A DNA stretch of 64,000 bases from a virus (lineage: Duplodnaviria; Caudoviricetes): the IMG/VR virus record IMGVR_UViG_3300026549_000040, positions 32,001 through 96,000 of that record; one strand, given 5' to 3'. The number at the start of each line of letters is the position of its first letter. The first letter of the stretch is position 1. Below the pieces are notes generated by a model that was given only the letters and a program-made list of their open reading frames with translations, did not search any database and was not told where the DNA came from. This document shows positions 9,751 to 15,592 of this stretch, piece after piece. The translations under genes were made by a program, and so were the position numbers.

Positions 9751-9764
9751 TATTAATAAATTAA

Positions 9765-9851
9765 GCGGCTGTGTCGGAACTGGCAGACGACTCGGACTTA
9801 AAATCCGATGCTCCTGTGAGCGTGTGGGTTCAAATCCCACCAGCCGCACCA
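9765..9851 (+). tRNA. tRNA-Leu(TAA)
   Basis: cloverleaf with long variable arm, CCA end. Confidence 0.93.
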
Positions 9852-9858
9852 AAGGAAC

Positions 9859-9911
9859 AGACACAAACAGCAAATATGATGTTCTTAATAGGGTAAAAAG
9901 ATATTGTGTCT
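9859..9911 (+). ncRNA. ACAGCAA stem RNA, copy 1
   Basis: AGACACAA/TTGTGTCT stem with ACAGCAA at its inner 5' side. Confidence 0.55.
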
Positions 9912-9938
9912 AGGTAAGTTTTATAGGAGGAAGTAAGC

Positions 9939-11465
9939 ATGGGATTTGTTGAAAACTTAAAAGTAGAACAGAATAACGATAACGAAATGAATCTAACGGA
10001 AAACTTAGCAGTTGCATATAAAACAACTGGTGAGTATTTGTTAGATTTTAATTTTAAGGTAACGAATTTAAGACATTCAAGCTATGAAGATGTAGTTACT
10101 AACTTTAAGAAAGTTTACTACAGTGATAGCACAACAGCATTGAAGTATTTATTCTATGTTGGTGACATTAGATATGGTTTAGGTGAAAGACATATCTTCA
10201 AATCTTGTTTTAAGTGGCTTGCAGAAACTCATGGAGATAAAGTAAAAGGTCTTCTGTTTCTTATTCCAGAATATTCAAGATGGGATGTTCTTGTATCATT
10301 AATTAATTGTGATAATAAGAAGATACAGAAAGAAGTTACTAATATCATCCGTATCCAATTAAATAAAGATAAATATGGCATGCTTAATAACAGATCTATT
10401 TCATTACTTTCTAAGTGGCTGCCATCAGAAAATGCTTCTTCTAAAGAAACAAAAGAGTTAGCAAAGATTGTAAGAACCAATCTTAAAATGACTCCTAAGA
10501 AGTATAGAAAAACTTTGAGTACATTAAGAGCTTATCTTGATGTGGTAGAAACTAAGATGAGTGCAAAAGATTGGGATAAGATAGATTATAGTTCTGTTCC
10601 ATCAATTGCTAATATAAACTACTCAAATGCTTTTATGAAGCATGACCCACAGAGAAGAACACAATACTTAACTGATCTTAAAGAAGGTAAAACTAAGATT
10701 AATGCAGGTGTACTTCAGCCACATCAGATTGTATATAGATATGTTAATGGTCATGATGGGTGGTATAATGATGTTTCAATCAAGTATGATGAAACTTTAG
10801 AAGAACTATGGAAATCATTGCCAGATGTTTGTACAGAATCTACTTTAGTAGTTAGAGATGGTTCTGGTTCAATGTATACTTCTGTTAGTGGAAGAATAAG
10901 AGCTGTGGATGTTGCAACAGCACTTGCTATTTACTGTGCAGAACATACAATGGGTGAATTTAACGATAAGTTTATTACTTTTTCTTCTCGTCCTAAGCTT
11001 GTAGATTTATCTTATTGTGAATCTTTAGCAGATAAGATTGATAAAGCTTATCTTGAAACAGAAATGTCAAATACAAATATTTTTAAAACTATGATGTTGG
11101 TTTTAGATACTGCTGTTAAATATAAGATGAAACAGGAAGAACTTCCACGTAATATTCTTATTATTTCAGATATGCAGTTTGATGGTTCAAGATTTAATCT
11201 ATCAAAATCTTTATTCGATGAAATAAAGGACGAATTTAAGAAGTATGGATATAAAATGCCAAGAATTTGTTTCTGGAATTTAGATCCATATGATTCAGAA
11301 ACTATTCCTCTTAAGCAAAATGATAATGGTTTAATCCTATGTAGTGGATTTTCAATAAATAATTTGAATATGTTTATGAGTGGAGAGATTGATCCTCTTA
11401 AAGTCTTATTAGACATATTAAATTCAAAACGGTATGATGCTGTTGAAGCAGCAATAGATAGATAA
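9939..11465 (+). CDS. DUF2828 / TROVE(Ro60)-like protein with C-terminal vWA domain
   Basis: LTEN, DIRYGLGER, KWLPSE, IDYSSVPS; MIDAS RDGSGSM...T...ISDMQFD; AGGAGG SD. Confidence 0.85.
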   Translation: MGFVENLKVEQNNDNEMNLTENLAVAYKTTGEYLLDFNFKVTNLRHSSYEDVVTNFKKVYYSDSTTALKYLFYVGDIRYGLGERHIFKSCFKWLAETHGDKVKGLLFLIPEYSRWDVLVSLINCDNKKIQKEVTNIIRIQLNKDKYGMLNNRSISLLSKWLPSENASSKETKELAKIVRTNLKMTPKKYRKTLSTLRAYLDVVETKMSAKDWDKIDYSSVPSIANINYSNAFMKHDPQRRTQYLTDLKEGKTKINAGVLQPHQIVYRYVNGHDGWYNDVSIKYDETLEELWKSLPDVCTESTLVVRDGSGSMYTSVSGRIRAVDVATALAIYCAEHTMGEFNDKFITFSSRPKLVDLSYCESLADKIDKAYLETEMSNTNIFKTMMLVLDTAVKYKMKQEELPRNILIISDMQFDGSRFNLSKSLFDEIKDEFKKYGYKMPRICFWNLDPYDSETIPLKQNDNGLILCSGFSINNLNMFMSGEIDPLKVLLDILNSKRYDAVEAAIDR

Positions 11466-11469
11466 AATT

Positions 11470-11534
11470 TAGACACGAACAGCAATTTGCAAGATCAGTT
11501 TTATTAGCTTCAGAAATAATAAAAATTGTGTCTA
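11470..11534 (+). ncRNA. ACAGCAA stem RNA, copy 2
   Basis: TAGACACGA/TTGTGTCTA stem plus ACAGCAA. Confidence 0.55.
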
Positions 11535-11555
11535 GTTCATACTTACCTCCTTTTT

Positions 11556-11637
11556 TAGGCCCTAACAGCAATCAATATGTTTTATAAAAGCTTGTTACTA
11601 TGTTTATTTAGAGAAAATACTTTTATTATAGGGCCTA
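11556..11637 (+). ncRNA. ACAGCAA stem RNA, copy 3
   Basis: TAGGCCCTA/TAGGGCCTA stem (compensatory changes) plus ACAGCAA. Confidence 0.55.
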
Positions 11638-11645
11638 GCCTATAT

Positions 11646-11721
11646 GACCCATTAGCTCAGTCGGCAGAGCACCTGACTTTTAATCAGGGTGTCCGGAGTT
11701 CGAATCTCCGATGGGCCACCA
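11646..11721 (+). tRNA. tRNA-Lys(TTT)
   Basis: cloverleaf, CCA end; A2:C71 mismatch. Confidence 0.92.
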
Positions 11722-11725
11722 AAGA

Positions 11726-11802
11726 GGACCATTAGCTCAGTAGGTTAGAGCATCCGGCTCATAACCGGCAGGTCGTAGGTTCAAGTCCTACATGGTCCAC
11801 CA
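11726..11802 (+). tRNA. tRNA-Ile2(CAT), lysidine type
   Basis: cloverleaf closely resembling Firmicutes Ile2 (GGACC...GGTCCA). Confidence 0.85.
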
Positions 11803-11844
11803 AATATAACTTTTATATGATGAATATTAAAATATAACTTTTGT

Positions 11845-11997
11845 ATGATGGATACTAAAAAACCTTATGTACTTTTAGAAGATATTGTAGGATTTTATGA
11901 AAAGTTAAATAAACTTAAAAAAAGTCATTATCCTATAAGATATATAAAGTATATAATGAAAAAAGATTTTGATAAACTTGATATAAAGTTTTTATAA
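11845..11997 (+). pseudogene. 50-aa ORF, possible decayed endonuclease fragment
   Basis: AT-rich ORF after a 28-bp tandem duplication; C-terminus loosely like phage PD-(D/E)xK endonucleases. Confidence 0.25.
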
Positions 11998-12001
11998 ATA
12001 T

Positions 12002-12077
12002 GGAGCTTGTCCTCGACGGTATTGAGGGCTGGTCTTATAAACCAGTACACGAAGTTCAACTCTTCGGGGCTCTACCA
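12002..12077 (+). tRNA. tRNA-Ile(TAT)
   Basis: CTGGT-CTTATAA-ACCAG anticodon arm, CCTC/GAGG D stem, T arm, ACCA end. Confidence 0.8.
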
Positions 12078-12083
12078 AAATAT

Positions 12084-12268
12084 AACTTCATGGCAATCCA
12101 ACATAAGTAGTTCTAGAACAATGCTTATGAGATAGCCGCCTGAAGCAACAGGTCGACTTTAATAAAGGGACGGAGTCGATACAACAATACTCACCGTGGG
12201 TTGATCACCACAAGAATTCCGGAAATATAGAGAAAGAATCCGTAGAACGAGCTTGAAGCCATGAAGTT
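12084..12268 (+). ncRNA. unknown structured RNA (~185 nt)
   Basis: 11-bp closing stem AACTTCATGGC/GCCATGAAGTT with several internal hairpins. Confidence 0.55.
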
Positions 12269-12275
12269 TACTTAT

Positions 12276-12349
12276 GTGATATTAGTGTAAGGGTAGCATA
12301 TCTGCCTTCCAAGCAGTTGGTATGAGTTCAAATCTCATATATCACTCCA
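12276..12349 (+). tRNA. tRNA-Gly(TCC)
   Basis: cloverleaf, TCCA end. Confidence 0.9.
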
Positions 12350-12351
12350 TA

Positions 12352-12751
12352 ATTAAGGGAACGGAAAACAGCGGATGCCCATAAAGAGAGAACCTGTCCG
12401 AAAGGTTCTGGAGTGTAGTGGCTACTCGGCTACCCTTAATAACTGATTTTATCCTGAATTATGTTACGGGCGCCACGGTGTCAGTAATCCGCCATAGTGG
12501 GGTATACCAAATGACGACTCCCCAGGGGTCCGGACATAAATAAGATAGAATTGGTAAAGTCCAGGTCAGCTCAAGACTATAAAAGGAAAAAAATAAGGCT
12601 CTTTGGCTGAACGAGGGCCACATACATGGGTTGTGACCCTTACGCTCATAGGTTTATTCCATACCAGTGAGAACATGATTTAAAAGGAATACGTTATCCA
12701 GTTTGCGTAAAATTATGGTTTGTAGTTATCCTTATACTGGAGAAAAACTAC
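12352..12751 (+). ncRNA. cluster of unknown structured RNAs
   Basis: closing stems ATTAAGGG/CCCTTAAT and ACTGATTTTATC/GATAGAATTGGT, plus hairpins and pseudoknot pairings; no plausible ORF. Confidence 0.45.
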
Positions 12752-12757
12752 TTATAT

Positions 12758-12833
12758 GCTCCCGTAGTCTAACGGATAGGACACGTGGTTTTCATCCACG
12801 TAATGCGGAGTTCAACTCTCCCCGGGAGTACCA
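12758..12833 (+). tRNA. tRNA-Glu(TTC)
   Basis: cloverleaf, CCA end. Confidence 0.9.
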
Positions 12834-12843
12834 TATACGAGGT

Positions 12844-12916
12844 CGCCGCAAAAGTAATGATCTCATCTCCCAAGTCGTAGTAAGATTTGTGCGGTGAAAG
12901 CTTGGGAATATCATAT
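12844..12916 (+). ncRNA. pseudoknotted spacer RNA
   Basis: CGCCGCA/TGCGGTG crossing TAATGAT/ATCATTA and TCCCAAG/CTTGGGA. Confidence 0.45.
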
Positions 12917-12921
12917 TATAT

Positions 12922-12998
12922 GTCCGTGTAGCCGAATTGGCATAGGCATCTGACTTAGGATCAGAATTTTGGGGGTTCGAGTCCTCTCACGGACACCA
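12922..12998 (+). tRNA. tRNA-Leu(TAG), short variable loop
   Basis: TCTGA-CTTAGGA-TCAGA; 5-nt variable region. Confidence 0.85.
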
Positions 12999-13000
12999 AT

Positions 13001-13087
13001 CGAGGGTTGTCCGAGTTGGTTTAAGGTGCCAGTCTTGAAAACTGGTGGACGATAGTCCCCTGGGTTCGAATCCCAGACCCTCGGCCA
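13001..13087 (+). tRNA. tRNA-Ser(TGA)
   Basis: cloverleaf, long variable arm, GCCA end. Confidence 0.92.
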
Positions 13088-13088
13088 T

Positions 13089-13173
13089 CGGAGAGTAGCG
13101 TAGTGGCGAACGCAGCGGACTGTAAATCCGTGACATAGAAACATCGGTGGTTCGAGTCCACCCTCTCCGACCA
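13089..13173 (+). tRNA. tRNA-Tyr(GTA) with C1:G72
   Basis: CGGAGAG/CTCTCCG-ACCA; GCGGA-CTGTAAA-TCCGT. Confidence 0.9.
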
Positions 13174-13189
13174 TTATAATTTACAATTA

Positions 13190-13264
13190 GGTCTGGTCGT
13201 TCAATGGATAGGATAGTGGATTGTCGCTCCACAGATCAGAGTTCAATTCTCTGTCAGACCGCCA
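13190..13264 (+). tRNA. tRNA-Asp(GTC)
   Basis: cloverleaf, GCCA end. Confidence 0.88.
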
Positions 13265-13269
13265 AAACA

Positions 13270-13480
13270 GTTGTAAGTCTGTAAGAGTATTCGGTTCAGC
13301 CTTTACCGCTCGTAAAACTTTCCGTGATGACAATCGTTAAGGTCAAGTGGTGGTAAGCACACAGCCAATGTAAAGTGTGGTTAAAGGTTAGAGAAATGCA
13401 GAAAGAGACGGCGATAACCGTTCAGACGTATCCTGAAAGCATAGTAAATAATCAACGATGCAAGATGCAGATCTCGTAAA
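13270..13480 (+). ncRNA. unknown structured spacer RNA (~210 nt)
   Basis: GTCTGTA/TGCAGAT, AGCCTTT/AAAGGTT, TGAC/GTCA and ACGG/CCGT stems. Confidence 0.4.
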
Positions 13481-13487
13481 TATTTAT

Positions 13488-13564
13488 GGCTCCATAGTTC
13501 AGTTGGTAGAGCGGCAGGTTGAAGCCCTGCGCTTGCGATAGTTCAATTCTATCTCGTTCCACCA
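13488..13564 (+). tRNA. tRNA-Phe(GAA) with mismatched acceptor stem (possible pseudo/decoy)
   Basis: GCAGG-TTGAAGC-CCTGC; acceptor GGCTCCA/TCGTTCC has three mismatches. Confidence 0.7.
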
Positions 13565-13571
13565 CAAATAT

Positions 13572-13648
13572 CTGGGTATGGCTCAGTTTGGTAGGGCATC
13601 TGATTTGGGTTCAGAAGGTCGCAGGTTCAAATCCTGCTACCCAGACCA
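13572..13648 (+). tRNA. tRNA-Pro(TGG)
   Basis: cloverleaf, C1:G72, ACCA end. Confidence 0.92.
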
Positions 13649-13767
13649 TATAAAGCGCAGAATGGCTACCAGTCAACCGATTGCAAGGTTTTACTGAAAT
13701 ACAGTTTCGTGCGCTATATAAATAGATAGCCCCGTATGTGATGTAGGACTGGCGCATTACAAAATTT

Positions 13768-13842
13768 GGTCTATTGGTATAATGGTAATTATATTCGGTT
13801 GTCAGCCGAAAGATACGTGTTCAATTCACGTATAGACCGCCA
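13768..13842 (+). tRNA. tRNA-Asp(GTC), second copy
   Basis: TTCGG-TTGTCAG-CCGAA, GCCA end. Confidence 0.88.
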
Positions 13843-13968
13843 AACAAAGCACGCTTTATAGCCCAAGCAGACCCACCCTTACTCTGGCAAGCTATAAAGA
13901 AGACGATATAATAACATGTCACACAAGTAGTGTAACGGGAGGGGTGACAACTTTTATGGAAATTATGT

Positions 13969-14044
13969 GGGTTGGTAGCTTAAATAGTGAAGCGGTCGCC
14001 TGTTAAGCGACAGAGTGTGGGTGCAAGTCCTACCCTTCCCGCCA
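13969..14044 (+). tRNA. tRNA-Asn(GTT)
   Basis: GTCGC-CTGTTAA-GCGAC; two T:T pairs in acceptor; T loop TGCAAGT. Confidence 0.8.
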
Positions 14045-14050
14045 TAATGT

Positions 14051-14127
14051 GTAGCCTTAGTTTAATTGGTAAAACGCCAGTCTCCAAAACTGGAAGATAT
14101 GGGTTCGAGTCCCAATAGGTTATGCCA
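14051..14127 (+). tRNA. tRNA-Trp(CCA)
   Basis: CCAGT-CTCCAAA-ACTGG, GCCA end. Confidence 0.85.
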
Positions 14128-14132
14128 ATAGT

Positions 14133-14289
14133 TCCTATATGCGCAATAGGATGGTGGAAAAGAACGACGAAGCAATAAGCGAGTGTAATGGTTCAAATCC
14201 AAAGTCGGAAGTAGGGTAGAAACGCAAGTAGTAGCCCAAAAGTCCTGTTCGTTATTGTGGATAGTAAACGTATCCCAATCAACTACCAT
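14133..14289 (+). ncRNA. unknown structured RNA containing a T-loop
   Basis: ATGGTGG/CTACCAT closing stem; TGG-TTCAAAT-CCA T-arm mimic. Confidence 0.4.
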
Positions 14290-14359
14290 AAGCGTAATAA
14301 GCCTATGCCAGTGGTATGCGTAACATGTTACGAAAAAGGTTGATTATTTAATATTTCGT

Positions 14360-14433
14360 TGCCCCGTTGTGTAGTGGTAGCACAACAGACTTTGACTCTG
14401 TTAGTCCTGGTTCGAACCCAGGCGGGGTAGCCA
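14360..14433 (+). tRNA. tRNA-Gln(TTG)
   Basis: cloverleaf, U1:A72, GCCA end. Confidence 0.92.
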
Positions 14434-14443
14434 AAATACATAT

Positions 14444-14497
14444 AGATCTCTTATTCGTTATTTCTTTTCCTCCTTTCATGTAGTGAATAAGGGATCT
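14444..14497 (+). ncRNA. 17-bp hairpin displaying an anti-Shine-Dalgarno loop
   Basis: stem with G:U pairs on + strand; loop TTTCTTTTCCTCCTTTCATG. Confidence 0.5.
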
Positions 14498-14509
14498 TTG
14501 TATTTATAT

Positions 14510-14594
14510 GGAGAAGTGGCGTAATGGTATCGCAGTGCCCTGCTAAGGCATCCTACCTATGGTAGTCCGAGTTCGATTCTCGGCTTCTCCGCCA
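14510..14594 (+). tRNA. tRNA-Ser(GCT)
   Basis: cloverleaf, long variable arm. Confidence 0.92.
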
Positions 14595-14607
14595 ATAAAG
14601 TATTTGT

Positions 14608-14684
14608 CCGGGTATAGCTCAATTTGGCAGAGTGCATGGTTTGGGACCATGATGTTGCAGGTTCAAATCCTGCTACTCGGACCA
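14608..14684 (+). tRNA. tRNA-Pro(TGG), second copy
   Basis: CATGG-TTTGGGA-CCATG, ACCA end. Confidence 0.92.
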
Positions 14685-14708
14685 TATATTATATTATGTA
14701 GATAACTA

Positions 14709-14903
14709 ATGGAGGAACTATGTATGAAACCATCAAGTATAGCATGGACAATTAGTATGATTCTATGGCTTATTTGCTTTATTGTAAGTCGTATATTACA
14801 AAAGAATGGTTATGAGACAGAAGCTGGAACATTTTTAGCTATGCAATGGTCTTTCTTAGGATTTAGTTTTATCTTTTTAGGTTTTGGTCATGACTGGTGG
14901 TAA
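14709..14903 (+). CDS. small two-TM membrane protein
   Basis: two hydrophobic stretches; GGAGG SD favours start at about 14724. Confidence 0.6.
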   Translation: MEELCMKPSSIAWTISMILWLICFIVSRILQKNGYETEAGTFLAMQWSFLGFSFIFLGFGHDWW

Positions 14904-14931
14904 AAATTAATAATTATTTATAAGAAACCTA

Positions 14932-14975
14932 TTTACATTAGATAAATTTATGTTATAATAATTATAGGAAGAGGG
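14932..14975 (+). promoter_or_regulatory. early promoter (TTTACA...TGTTATAAT-AATTATAGGAAGAGGG)
   Basis: near-identical to the 8555 copy. Confidence 0.75.
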
Positions 14976-15003
14976 TATAAAAAATGATAAGGAGGTAAGT
15001 AAG

Positions 15004-15249
15004 ATGATAACTAGAGAAATGTTCAACCTCGTAAATGATTGTTATAACGAAGTAATGGATGATCTCAATGATACATTTGAACAACCAGAACCTATAATGC
15101 CTCACAGTTCAGAAATCATTAGAGATTATAAATCAATAGCTGCAGAAGAATGGGAAGAACTCACAGTTGAAGAAGCAGATAAAATATTTGATAAGATCTA
15201 TAGAATGATAGATGAATCAAGACTTTTAAATGCTATTGCTTGGTCATAA
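15004..15249 (+). CDS. hypothetical early protein
   Basis: AAGGAGGT SD. Confidence 0.7.
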   Translation: MITREMFNLVNDCYNEVMDDLNDTFEQPEPIMPHSSEIIRDYKSIAAEEWEELTVEEADKIFDKIYRMIDESRLLNAIAWS

Positions 15250-15264
15250 TAAGGAGGTAAGATT

Positions 15265-15339
15265 ATGGGAGCTTTACAGATTTCAGTATTTTTAATCTTA
15301 ATGATTTGGGCTGCAGATAGTGACTACAATAAATTTTAA
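15265..15339 (+). CDS. 24-aa hydrophobic peptide (MGALQISVFLILMIWAADSDYNKF)
   Basis: perfect AAGGAGGT SD; fills the gap in an early operon. Confidence 0.5.
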   Translation: MGALQISVFLILMIWAADSDYNKF

Positions 15340-15353
15340 AGGAGGTAAATATT

Positions 15354-15569
15354 ATGGCTAATAAAAAAGAAGTAAACTCTATAATCAGAATAAATAAAAA
15401 GAATGTACCTTCAATACAGTCAAAAGGGTTGTTCTACTACGTAGATGCAAACAGAAATGAAGAAGGTGATATTACAAATGTAATCTATGGTCTAGTAGAT
15501 AATAGAAAAGGGAAGAAGGTAGTTAAAGAATTCGACTCCATAAAGGAACTGGAAGAATCAATAAAATAA
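15354..15569 (+). CDS. hypothetical early protein
   Basis: AAAGGAGGT SD. Confidence 0.7.
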   Translation: MANKKEVNSIIRINKKNVPSIQSKGLFYYVDANRNEEGDITNVIYGLVDNRKGKKVVKEFDSIKELEESIK

Positions 15570-15592
15570 CAAAATAACAAAATATAAATATA

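Noticed and set aside
11521-11556. Minus-strand gene starting at the perfect SD plus ATG
   Set aside because: Reads Met-Asn-stop; reinterpreted as an anti-SD segment on the + strand.
9855-11640. ACAGCAA elements or the 72-bp/23-bp repeats as a CRISPR array
   Set aside because: No constant repeat with regular unique spacers and no cas genes.
9707-14289. ORF-track entries 9707-9913, 12703-12897, 12911-13174, 12987-13232 and 14062-14289
   Set aside because: They overlap clear tRNA/ncRNA genes; shadow ORFs.
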